Shown here: piece by piece, positions 43,573-56,667 of the stretch | Layout of the letters: every line of letters begins with the position of its first letter | Position numbering within the stretch: position 1 is the first letter of the stretch | Source: the human T2T-CHM13v2.0 reference genome, Homo sapiens | DNA length: 64,000 nucleotides | Strand: one strand, 5' to 3' | Assembly (NCBI RefSeq): GCF_009914755.1 | Contig: NC_060927.1 | The notes under the pieces: generated by a model | The model's database searches: none | What the model saw: the letters and a program-made list of their open reading frames with translations, nothing else | What the model was told of the DNA's origin: nothing | Program-made: the position numbers and the translations under genes

Positions 43573-44795
43573 TAAGATTGGGGTTCAGTATTACCTTTTT
43601 ATTCTTCTTTCTCTTTTTTTCTACACCATAGCCTGTATAGTAGTCTTGTTTTGAAAATTAATGACAATTTGAGCTAATCTTTTTTTTCTTTTTAAACAAA
43701 TGTCATGGAATATGTGCATCCAAGTTATCTGAGTTAAAGTGGTTAGAGCCTGGGGCACATTCTGGGTAGTTGTACTTAGCAATATCAAACTTGTTCTCTT
43801 TCAAATTTAGACTTAAATTTTTAAAGTAATCAGAAGTCTTTCAGATAGGACTGGCGCTCCATTAGAATAACATTGTTTTTTGTGAAAAATAGCATGTGAC
43901 CAAGGCAGAAAACTGATGTATGTATTGAAAACTGATGGCAGTTCTCCACAAGGGGTTCTGAAATATTTTACGTAAGAGAAGCATTATTGGAATAGATATG
44001 CTAGCATATAGTCTGCTAACATGACTGTTGATACAAATGAGCCTTTCAAGCTCTGATTATTAGAGGACATCTAAGAACTTTGATATTGACAGGAGCTTAT
44101 TACCTATTATTTAGTGTACCAAAAAATTAATTAATTCTATTGGTTGAGAATGGAGATTCTCTTTAGAATATTCATTAATGTAGACCAAGAACATCCTCAG
44201 TTATTCTGGCTAAATAGTGTATATTGTATAAGCCAAAGATTAAAATGGGATCTTGCTTTGTAATCCATTTTTAAGAAAAAAATTCATGCCCAACTAGCAC
44301 TTTTAGTTTTGAGAATCTCAAAGCGTATTCATGTCATCTGAATTTTTTTTAGTTGTCAGTGAGTCCTTTCATTGCTCTTACTCTCAGTGACCTTTCTTAC
44401 AACAAATTTGTCATAAAAAGTGGGTGAGGTAAAACCCGTTTTTTTATTTTCAAAATTTATGATCTATATCCTAAAACTCCTTGTCTCTATGACAGTCTGT
44501 TTACTGACAATTCACAAATTATAATACTCTCAGCTTTTCTATTAAATCTAATTTAATTTGAACATTTCTCCAGTGCGTTTGGAAAAGCATATTGGATTTG
44601 TGGGATCGTGTTATTTTAATGATCAATAAAAATGAGGAATACGTTCTTCATAGGTTAGTAAGTTCTTATTTAAGCATTTCTCAAAATTGCTAAAATCTTA
44701 ATGTTTATATTTGCTCATTGTATGTTTAGATTCCTAAATATACTTATTTTAAAAAGTAAAAATATATATTTAACTTAGCACTTCTTTTCCTATAG

Positions 44796-44895
44796 GTCTC
44801 TGCTTGGGGTGGTTATGTATTTATCATCAATCTTATTCCACTGCATGTATTTGTGTTGTTACTGATGCAGAGATACAGCAAAAGAGTCTACATAG
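44796..44895 (+). CDS. STT3B: STT3B coding exon (probable exon 5, 100 nt): [33 protein letters not shown](A)
   Basis: Acceptor cttcttttcctatAG|GTC; donor TAG|GTAAGT; STT3 WGGY motif. Confidence 0.96.
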
Positions 44896-45570
44896 GTAAG
44901 TAATTTGATTTTTGACATCTGTCAACTAAGAGATGTTTTGTATTCATTCATTTTATTGAAGAGATATTTCTATTTGGTCATTATTATGCATGAAAAGGTA
45001 AAAATAATTTTGTGTTCATTTTGCTGTTTATATTGATAAGGTCAGGCATTTTTATATAAGTGCTTTGTCATCAACTTTTCCTTGACAAGTTTTTTTTTCG
45101 TTTTTGTAGAAATTAGTCTGGGTTTAATATTTGTCTACACTTTTTCCTCCTCTTAATTTTGGGGAATGGGAATTTTTATCATGAAAATCGTTCACATTTT
45201 TTATATCGAATTCAACTTACTGTAAGAGATTGACATCCTCAAAGTAAGCAGCTTAATAAGCTTTCAGAAGCTCTTTTTTGGATAATGTACTAATAGACTG
45301 AGTCTCTGTTGTCTCTAGAAAAATGTTCATTTTTCTCTACAGGTTTTAAAACAATATTTTCACTGTGATGTTTAGCGGTAGATGATGTTTCACCTTAGAT
45401 CTCATTTTCCATGATAGAGTTAGAACTTCTATGGGTTGAAGGAACTAGAGAGCAATTGTGAACTGAAACCAGTGTCTTAGTAAAATAATACAATTCTATT
45501 ATAATAATGTTTTTGGAAAACAATAACACAAAGATAAATCTTAATTAAATTCATTTTCAAAAGCATAGTA

Positions 45571-46227
45571 GCTTGGCAATTTCTCAGAAGTTAACCATAG
45601 ATTCGTCATATGACCAAGCAGTTCCACTCCTAGGTATTTACCCAAGAGAACCGAAAACATATATTCATACAAAAGCTTCTATGTGAATGTTTATAGCAGC
45701 ATTTATTGTGCATAATGGCCAAAAATGAAGACAACCCAAATGTCTATCAGCTTTATGAAACCATAAAATATGGTATATTCATACAATGGTGTATTATTAA
45801 GCCATGAAAAGGAATAAAATACTGATATATGCTACAACATGAACCTTGAAAACTTTATACCATTATGTAAAAAAGCCAGACATAAAAGGCCACATAGTAT
45901 ATGATTCTGTTAGTGTGAAATGTCCAGAATAGGCAAATCCATAGAAACAGAAAGTAGAGTTTGTGGGAAATGTCCAGAATGGGTAAATCCATAGCAACAG
46001 AAAGTAGATTAGTGGTTGCCTGGGGATTTAGGAGGAGGAGAATGTGGAGAGGAGAGGAGAGGTGTGACTGTTGAATGGATATGGGGTCTCTTTCAAGGAT
46101 GAGGAAATATTTTAGAATTATATAGTAGTGATGGTCGCACAACCTTGTGAATACACCAAAAACCATTACATGATAGGTTATTAAAAGATAAATTTTATAG
46201 TATATTAATTGTATCTCAACAAAATAA
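45571..46227 (+). mobile_element. 5'-truncated L1MB-type element, sense to STT3B, 12-bp TSD
   Basis: gcagttccactcctaggtatttacccaagaga...; TSD AAAAGCATAGTA at 45559-45570 and 46228-46239. Confidence 0.88.
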
Positions 46228-46254
46228 AAAAGCATAGTATATTACATTTATAGC

Positions 46255-46405
46255 CATTTCAGCATACTTTTTCATTTGATACTGTGAGGGTAGGTACTAT
46301 TCTCATTTTACAGGTGAGGAAACAAGAGGAGACATAATAATTTGCTAAAGATCATGTAGCTAATAACGGGGCTGAGGCTTGAACTCAGATTTTGGCTTTA
46401 AAGCC
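46255..46405 (-). mobile_element. MIR
   Basis: attctcattttacaggtgaggaaac. Confidence 0.7.
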
Positions 46406-46412
46406 TGTAATG

Positions 46413-46558
46413 AGCCAGCTGTAGTAGCTCACACCTCTTATCCCAGCTACTCAGGAGGCTGAGGCTGGAGTTCCACTTGAGTCCAGGAGTTCAAGACTGC
46501 AGTGTGCTGTGATCTTGCCACTGCACTCCAGCCTGGGTGACAGAAGGAGACCTGTCTC
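46413..46558 (+). mobile_element. FRAM / Alu right monomer (sense)
   Basis: tcccagctactcaggaggctgagg...gccactgcactccagcctgggtgacaga. Confidence 0.85.
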
Positions 46559-49264
46559 TGATTGCATGAATGACTGAATGAATGGCCCATGATGCTAAAA
46601 ACCACCAAATCTGTGTGCCTCTCGTTTAAACAAATAACCGTACTGTTGAAATACATACACCTATGTATTTCTCTACCCCAAAAACACTATAAACAGTAGT
46701 TGGGATCCAGAAAGGAGAATAATAAATAACAGATTAAACTTTTTTTTTTTAAGTTAAATGGTTACAGTGAAGGAACTAAGAGGGTGTTTTGTTGTTGCTG
46801 CTGTTGTTGTTGTTTTGTGTAAATTTAAAAATTGGGGATCTTGGAAATTTAATGGTCAGAGGAATACAAGAGAGAGAAGATTGAGAAATACACTTTATGA
46901 AATGCCATGATTCAGGAAGAAGAGCCAAAGGAGATGTCAGAAGTAGTCAAATAAGTATATTGTTAAAATGGTCAGATGGAAGTATATTCTACATAAAAGT
47001 TTAAAATTCAAGCAGTGTCCAACTCCCCTTTAACCTTAGCACCAAGATTTCAAAGGATTAGAATTTGAGAAAGGCCTTTGTATTTGGTAGCTGGGATTTT
47101 TTTTTTTTTTTTTTTTTTGGTCACTCTAGAAAAATATGAAATTCATACTACTTTGGTTGATTCTTGAGAGTATTTTAAGAAGAAAGAATAATAAAATGGG
47201 TTAGGGATGTATGTGTGTATAAAGCTAATGTTCATAATGTTCAAATTCTCCACTCTACCCAACTTGTTTCTTTTACTTATAATTATCCAGGAGTATTTTG
47301 ATGATTTCTAGTCTGCTTTCATAGGGTTTACTTCTAAATGTATGGAAAGTAGTATGATAGAGCAAGTGTTGCTCTTCCTTCATCCAGAGTGTGTCAGGAT
47401 TTAAGTTCAATTTCTCTTAACTTAATGGTCCTAAAAACTATGGAAGCATTGTAAAGTGTTTGTATATAAAGTTCTTTGATTTTGGCACGTAACATCCTTT
47501 GTCTTTTGTTCTCTCTCCCCTTGAGCAGAAATGTTTAGGTAAAAAAAAATAAGGATTGATAAATGTCAGACTCATAATTATATTAACTAAAAGTTTAGTT
47601 GTGTTGTTCTAAGTGTTGAATTAAATGACTTGAATTATTTTAAATAATTATGAAAAAGTTGTGTCCTCTTTGAGTAGATTTTTTCATGTGTCCTTAAAAT
47701 CAATTGTAGCACAACCACAGAAAACTGTCAAAGTTTATTCACATGTGGAAAAGGAGGCACATGGGAGGTAATGTGGATGTATAGTGGTAGAAGAGTGGCA
47801 TGGGAATTGAGCAAGGGAGGTGTAAGAAAAGCTGAGATGGGAGGCCGTCTCTACTTGAAATTTTGGGAGGAAAAATTTAATTTTCTGTTAAGAGATATTT
47901 TTGACTTGGTGAATTTCACTATATTGGGAAGTAAATGTTTAAAAATTATGTTATGCATAGGATTCTACTGTTTTAAAAGGAACACCCAAACCTTATGTTG
48001 CATTTGTAGAAAGAATGGCTTGCAGGAAATCACAGTAAAACTGATGGGATGTGAAGTGATTTAAGCTTTCTAATTTGATTAAAGCTTATCATACTTTGTG
48101 TTCATGTCATAAGGAAATTATTAAAGATATGAAGTCAAATTTAGGGATATTTACTGTGGTATAACTTGTAATTGTGAAAATATGGAACTAACTTAAATGA
48201 CCAATAGGGGAATGATTTTTTAATTGCAGTGTTGCCATATGGAATATTATGCAGCCTTTAAATTTAATCTTTTTGAGTATTTGATGACACAGGAAAATGT
48301 TAATTAAAAGCAGACAGTAAGGATTACCAGTGATTTTTTTTCATACTTATTTCTGCTTTCCAGATACATACAATGAGTATGTGTTAAGTTTATAATAAAT
48401 AAGACTTGGTTTTTAGTTTATAGAAATAGGAATTGTACCTCAAGGGCTGCATTAACTAGATTAGGTTAGTAATTTAAGCACAGAAAAGAAATCAATTTCT
48501 AATATTGATGAATGCTTTTGAAATGTCACTAGAACAGCTTGTTTATGGCATTGTCTATGTTTTCTGCAGTGAGTTGAGTAAGGAGAGTAACAGTTGTTTT
48601 TCATATTATATCTAAAATGTATTTTTTGGATGATATTTGCTGGGAACCGTCATTAAAGTTTTATGAACATACTACCTACTTTAGTTCTGTACAAATTATT
48701 ATGGGCATTATATATTTTGTGAATAAAGAAAAGATAATCCAATTATTGAGTACATTAAAAGTAAAGCCAAATTATTAGGAGTCACATTTATACTTGGCAG
48801 CTGTAAACAGAACACAGCTAATGCTAGTTTAACTTAGAAAAAACAAACTTAAAAAGATTGCATGTAAAAAATCCAGCATTAAAAAAAGAAAAGTTCCCGG
48901 ATACAAGGGCTGGAAGCTCTGGAGTTTATTTTGTCTAATTCTACCATACTACTGAGGAAATTAAAGCAAATTTCACTCACCATACATTTATTAAGTGTTG
49001 AAAAAATAAATACTGTTTTGTGCTAGCCATTATGATACAAAGATGAATAAAAACCTTCGTGTAAGGAGTGTATATTATACAGTGTAATCAATTTAATAGC
49101 ATATGATCAAAATGGAAATAGGGAAAAATTTGTGAAAATCAGTTTGGACTTTAACCATGTTCTTTTAAAAGTTTTGGAGATAAGTCTTGATCTTGAGAAG
49201 AGAGAATAGTACAGAAGCAGACTTAGAATTTGTGGTAATGTAACCATAAATAAAAGGTGCCATG

Positions 49265-49510
49265 ACATTGAGGGTAAGAGTACATACTCCAGAGCCAATC
49301 TACCAGGGTTCAATTCTTGCTCCCTTACTACTGTGTAACTTTGGACAAATTAATGTCCTTTGATGTCCTTAGGCCTTAATGTCCTCATGGGTCAAATAAA
49401 GATAATAATAGTTACCTTACAGATTGTTAAGGATTAATGAGTTACAGGTTAATATATGAAAGGTGCTTAATAATAGATGAACACAAAAAAATACTATTTA
49501 AGTGTTTGCT
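49265..49510 (+). mobile_element. MIR
   Basis: gggttcaattcttgctcccttactactgtgtaactttggacaaatt. Confidence 0.7.
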
Positions 49511-49801
49511 TTTGTTGTTGATGTTAAAGTTATGAAGGAATAGCCAGATAGACAAAAGAGTTCAAGAGGCTAAGAGAGGTGATTACTGTATTAAGACTGA
49601 AAGGATAAAACCCCAGTGTGAATCTAAGGAGTGTTCCTTCTTTTTTTTTTAAGTGAAAATAAACTTTCACTCAACTATTTTTGGTTGTGAGAAACATAAT
49701 GGAGAAATAACACTTGTGTGTTATAAAGTACAAAATAGCAATTAAAATATAACCTGTAATAGGTGTTTTTTTTTATAATTTTAAAATTTGATAATAAATG
49801 T

Positions 49802-52080
49802 TGATATGGTTTGGCTGTGTCCCCACCCAAATTTCATCTTGAATTGTAGCTCCCATAATTCCCATGTGTTGTGGGAGGAACCCAGTGGGAGATAATTGAA
49901 TCATGGGGGTGGTTTATCTCATACTGTTCTCATGGTGGTAAGTCTCACAAGATCTGATGGTTTTATAAGGGGAAATCCTTTTCTCTTGGTTTTCATTTCC
50001 CTCTTGCCTGCTGCCATGTAAGATGTGCCTTTCACCTTCTGCCAAGATTGTGAGGCCTCCCAGCCACGTGGAACTGTGAATCCATTAAACCTCTTTTTCT
50101 TTATAAATTACCCAGTTTCAGGTATGTCTTTATCAGCAGCATGAGAACAGACTAATACAGTAAATTGGTACTGGTAGAGTGGAAGGCTGCTGAAAAGATA
50201 CCCGAAAATGTGGAAGCACCTTTGGAACTGGGTAACAGACAGATAGATATTGGAACAGTTAAAGGGCTCAGGAGAAGGCAGGAAAATGTGGGAAAGTTTG
50301 GAACTTCCTAGAGACTTGTTGAGTGGCTTTGACCAAAATGCTCATAATGATATGGACAATGAAATCTAGGCTGAGATGGTCTCAGATGGAGATGAGGAAC
50401 TTTTTGGGAAATGGAGTAAAGGTGACTCTTGGTATGTTTTAACAAAGAGATGGGTGGCATTTTGCCCCTGCCCTAGAGATTTGTGGAACTTTGAAATCGA
50501 GGTAGATGATTTAGGCTATCTGGTGGAAGAAATTTTTAAGCAGCAAAGCATTCAAAAGGTGACTTGGGTACTGTTAAAAAGCATTCCATTTTTAAAAGGG
50601 AAACAGAGCATAAAAGTTTGGGAAGTTTGCAGCCTGACAATGCAATAGAAAAGCAAAACCCATTCTCTGAGGAGAAATTGAAGCAGGCTGCAGAAATATG
50701 TGTAAGTAACAAAGAGCCAACTGTTAATGCCAAGACAGTGGGGGAAATGTCTCCAGGGCATGTCAGAGACCTTTGCAGCAGCCCCTCCCATCATAGGTCC
50801 AGAGGCCTAAAGGAAAACATGGTTTCATGGGCCAGGCCCAGGACCCTCCCTGCTGAGTTTTGCCTAGGGACTTGGTGCCCTGTGTCCCAGCTGCTCTAGC
50901 CATGGCTAAAAGGGGTTAAGGTACAGTTCAGACATGGCTTCAGAGGTTGCAACCTGTAAGTCTCGGCAGCTTCCACATGGTGTTGAGCTTGCAGGTGCAC
51001 AGAAGTCAAGAATTGAGGTTTGGGAGCCTCCACCTAGATTTCAAAGAACGTATGGAAATGCCTGGATGTCCAGGCAGAAGTTTGCTGGAGAGGTGGGGCC
51101 CTCAAAGAGAACCTTTGCTAGGGCAGTGTGGAAGGGAAATGTGGGCTTGAAGCCCCCATACAAAGTTCCCACTGGGGCACTGCCAAGTGGAGCTGTGAGA
51201 AGAGAGCTACCGTCTTCCAGACCTCAGAATGGTAGATTCACTGACAGCTTGCACCATGCGCCTAGAAAAGCTGCAGACACTCAATGCTAGCCCATGAAAG
51301 CAACCAGGAGGGAGGCTGTACCCTGTAAAGCCACAGGGGCAGAGCTGCCCAAGACCATGGAAACCCACCTCTTGTATCAGCGTGACCTGGATGTGAGACA
51401 TGGAGTCAAGGGAGATCATTTTGGAGCTTTAAGATTTGACTGCCCTGCTGGATTTTGGACTTGCATGGGACCTTCAGCGCCTTTATTTTGGCCCATTTCT
51501 CCCATTTGGGCTGGGTGTATTTATCGAGTGCCTGTACCCCCATTGTATCTAGGAAGTAACTAACTTGCTTTTGATTTTACAGGCTCATAGGCAGAAGGGA
51601 TTTGCCTTGTCTTGGATGAGACTTTGGACTGTGGGTTTTTGTGTTAATGCTGAAATGAGTTAAGACTTGGGACTATTGGGGGACTATTGGGAAGGCATGA
51701 TTGGTTTTGAAATGTGAGGACATGAGATTTGGGAGGTGCCAGGGCAGAATGTATGGTTTGGCTGTGTCCCCACCCAAATCTCATCTTGAATTGTAGTTCT
51801 CATAATTTCCACATGTTGTGGGAGAGACCCGGTGGGAAATGATGCATGGGAGTGGTTTTCCCCATACTGTTCTCCTGGTGGTGCATAATAACTCTCACAA
51901 GATCTGATGGTTTTGTAAGGGGAAACTCCTTTCGCTTGGTTTTCATTTCTCTCTTGCATGCCACCTTGATTGTGAGGCCTCCTCAGCCACATGGAACTGT
52001 GAGCATTAAACCTCTTTTTCTTTGTAAATTGCCTAGTCTCAGGTATGTCTTTATCAGCAGTATGAGAACAGACTGATCCA
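49802..52080 (+). mobile_element. Complete THE1 (ERVL-MaLR; THE1B/C-like) provirus: 5' LTR 49802-50159, internal 50160-51749, 3' LTR 51750-52080
   Basis: Both LTRs begin TG(A)TATGGTTTGGCTGTGTCCCCACCCAAAT and end in CA. Polypurine tract lies before the 3' LTR. 5-bp TSD AATGT (49797-49801) / AGTGT (52081-52085). Internal ORF is broken across frames (50376..51563). Confidence 0.95.
49893..49903 (+). promoter_or_regulatory. DUX4 consensus site TAATTGAATCA in the THE1 5' LTR
   Basis: Exact match to TAAYYBAATCA; occupancy cannot be shown from sequence. Confidence 0.55.
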
Positions 52081-52164
52081 AGTGTTATATAATTGAATAA
52101 ATGTATATAGTTGAAAAAGTCAAATACTACAGGGTTTATAGCAAATAAAACGTTGATTTCCTGT

Positions 52165-52332
52165 TTTTTGTTGTTTTTGGGGGGTTGTTGTTGTTGTTGT
52201 TGTTGTTTGTAGAAATGGTAGGGGGATCTCATTAAGTTGCCCAGGGTGGTCTCGAACTCCTGGGCTGAAGTGGTCCTCCTACCTCCGCCTTCCAAAGTGT
52301 TGGGATTACAGGCGTGAATCACTGTGCCCAGC
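52165..52332 (-). mobile_element. FLAM / Alu left monomer with (TTG)n-expanded tail
   Basis: gttgcccagggtggtctcgaactcctgggctgaag...ggattacaggcgtga; TTG repeats about 52185-52206. Confidence 0.85.
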
Positions 52333-53268
52333 AGCATTTTATTTAATATAGCTACATTTTGTTGCCACAAAATATTTGGGATTACACCCCAGTATTTACA
52401 GTGGTATTCAGTATGTAATTAAACAAGTAGTTTTGATGGTTTTGATCCTAAGGTATTGAAAACAATAAGAGGCTGTACAGTTTTATGTTTGTGGCAGATA
52501 AAGTTTTATCAAGACAAGATTCCATCTTCTACAGATGCAATATTATTATTTGCATTAATTGTTTTGCCTTTACTGTTTATTGTACCTTCAAGGTAGGTGA
52601 GCCAAGAGCAGACAGGCAAACGGGACTACAATAACTACACTCCTCCGCCCCTATTTTTTCCATAGGTTTTCATTTAAAATTAGAAGTTTCAGTGTTGATT
52701 ACATAAAGTGAGTTTTCAAGATGAGTGTTGTAACAGGCACTGAAGCTAGTTATTGGGGGAAAGAGATGGGATTTTCCTTAGATCGGTTTACAATATTTAT
52801 GGATCTTCTTTGCAGCTTTGCCAGTGGATATTTTAGAGGTTATTGGGGTTGGGGGAAACTGAAAGTTCAAACACAAAGGGAAGATGGTATTGCTTGCACC
52901 ACCTATGCTGCTAATATGACTCATTGTGTAGTTCACAAGGATTAGTCCTCCAGTATCTCCTTATATTAAAACTCGGGATATTTAGAGCAAGGATCTCACC
53001 TGTGTTGTAGCAATAATCATTGGCCTGATCAAAAAGGCTTTCAGTGAATAGAAACAGTCTTCATGTTCTACAGGCCAACCATTATCTAGAAGAATAGACC
53101 TGAGTGAGATTTCCTTTAAAGGTCTATTCTTCTCATTGAGAAATGTGTGTTTCATAGTCCAGAAGAATTAACTCCTGCATAGAAGTAGTTATGGATTCTT
53201 CATGGTATCAGTTAAATGAATTTAGGAGCTTACTACAGTAGTAGTCGACAATAAGAAAAGGATGTGTT

Positions 53269-53667
<399 letters not shown>

Positions 53668-53980
53668 TTACTCTCTTCTTTATGAGTGAATTAAATTTGC
53701 TGGTATTTGTCTTTTACTACTTCTTGATATGTTAGGTATAGTCACTACTTAGCTCTAGAAGCTACTGAGGATCATTACCTAACACCTCTTAAGTTACATA
53801 AAAATTATATATTCCATGAGTTTTTCATAGTCTCCAAACACACCACACATACAGTACCTTTGTAATTTCACTATATTTTAATATTATTTCATTAAACATT
53901 GCCAGAATTAAATGAATTGTTCCCACAGGGTAGAACTTAAACCAAGATGTACTTTGTTTAGATTTGTTTTTTCATTTTAG

Positions 53981-54296
<316 letters not shown>

Positions 54297-55869
54297 ACAC
54301 TTGCTGTTTTAAAAATGTTGTGATTAAGTATCTCTACTGAAGTGTTTTGAACACGTAAGTAATTTCTTGCTGCTTTTACAAGTCTGGAGTTTGTAAAATA
54401 TAAGTTTCAGTGATTCATTCTCAACATAGTTTATAATGAGCATTGTCCTTGGAAAAGAGAAATGATTTTTATCATTATGTATGCCTGTTAAGTTAATCAT
54501 ATATTTCTCTGCTGGTCAAGAAGAATCAGTGTTTTGTGTTTTTTTGTTGTTTTATTCTTTAATCCATGTTTCTTACTATTCTTTATCCTGCATATCTACC
54601 AGGGTTCACAGTAACCAGAAGTGATTACAAAGAAATAAAATATCTTTAGTATTCAAAGCCTTCATAAGCCTTTAATCATATTTGTTTATAATAAAGCAAA
54701 ATTGGTTGGATTTTAAAGTATCTACCCGTTGTGTGTGTTTTGGCTAATACTATTTTGGTTGAGAGAGAGCAAAGCAATTCAAAAATGCTAATGTGATTTA
54801 ACATGGGTTAAAGTTAATGGGAATATAGTATTTGCATAACCTTTTCTAACTTTATTTACATAAAAAGAAGTATAACAATAACTTAAAAGTGTAAAGAGCA
54901 CTGTCAATGTAAGCTGCAATGCAATGCCTTATCAGAGAGAAGGTACTTAAAGATTGCTTTGGGGAACAGCAAACTTCTTCAATACTTAAAATTTCATTTG
55001 AATTTGAGTCAGACTTTTCAGTGCCTTTTCTTTTCTAGAATAATTCACTTGAGCACATTAAGTCAAGGACTATGGTATATTTCTTCTCTATATCTGTCTC
55101 GTCCCACCCTTGGATATAAAATATTTCCAAGAATGTAGACATCTTTAGGTTCTGTTGAGATTATTACTTATCTGTCCCAGATGAGAGATTTTCTTTGGTT
55201 AAGAATAAACAGAATAATAATATATGTGTGTGTATATGTATATACATATCTTTCTAATGGTAATTTTTTGTGGAATTTTTCTCACACATTGGAATTATCA
55301 TCTCCAGTAATGAATGCCAGTAACTGTGCATCCACAGGATGGCAGTGTGGTAACATTTTCATGATGTAATAAATGATTTACAACACTATTGGTATCATGT
55401 ATTTCCTTAGAGCTCACCACTTTGATGGAATGCTTTATTCTTCTAACTTAAAGGGTAAGAAAAGTAGGTTTACATGGATGGATAGAAAATTGTAATAGAT
55501 GGGTATAGTAGTTTAGTTAGGGTTCTTAAAGAGTTCATTGGAAGGAGAATTGGTAGAGAATGATGGCTATGGGTTTGTCTTGTTGAGGTCTTCTGAAAAC
55601 ACTAGAGAACAGTACCAGACATTAATTACCTCTTCGAAGTCCATGTCAAGAAAAGAAGAGATCTTAAGTTTTATAGAGCCTTTCCCCCACCAAATGTCAC
55701 ATGACCTTTCTTCCTAATATTATGGTTATTTGTTTACATCTCTGATTTTTAGCAATTTATCTGACTCTTAGAGGGTAGGATTGATCTTAATGGGATTTTC
55801 TGTTTTTAGAATATATTGACCATACTCAAGTTAATGTTTAAATGCATAAATTGAAGAGGTAATTTCTAA

Positions 55870-56235
<366 letters not shown>

Positions 56236-56471
56236 AAGATTGTGTTTATTTTTAAGAATTGAGTTACTTCACCATTTTTTTTACTCAGATGTATCTAATT
56301 TCTTATTTTCTATGTCTTAAAATGTAGATTTGTAAATGAGATTTAAATTGAGATATAGCAATATATGTGTAATTTTACAAATTCAAGCAGAGCAGTCAGT
56401 ATTAAGCAAGGTATTTGTTGTATTTGACATATTATCTGGCAAGCAATCTTCAACTTTATTTAATGGAAGTA

Positions 56472-56667
56472 CAAGTTGAGTACTCCTAATTTGAAAATTC
56501 AAAACTTTCTGAGCACCAATATGATTCTCAAAGGAAATATTCACTGGAGCGTTTCCTGTTTTGCATTACCAGTTTGGGTATGCTCAGCTATTAAGTATAA
56601 TGCAAATATTCCAAAAATCCAAAAAACTTCTAGTCCCAAGCATTTTAGATAAGGGATATTCAAATTG
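56472..56667 (+). mobile_element. Tigger4a-like TcMar MITE
   Basis: TA|caagttgagta...gtataatgcaaatattccaaaa...tcccaagcattttagataagggatattcaa. Confidence 0.8.

Noticed and set aside
50376-51563. Several ORFs in the THE1 internal region
   Set aside because: They are frameshifted remnants of the MaLR internal ORF, with no intact product.
51684-52370. Longest ORF (228 aa, minus strand) with a poly-Q run
   Set aside because: It is a composite of FLAM, its (CAA)n tail and the antisense THE1 LTR; the poly-Q comes from the microsatellite.
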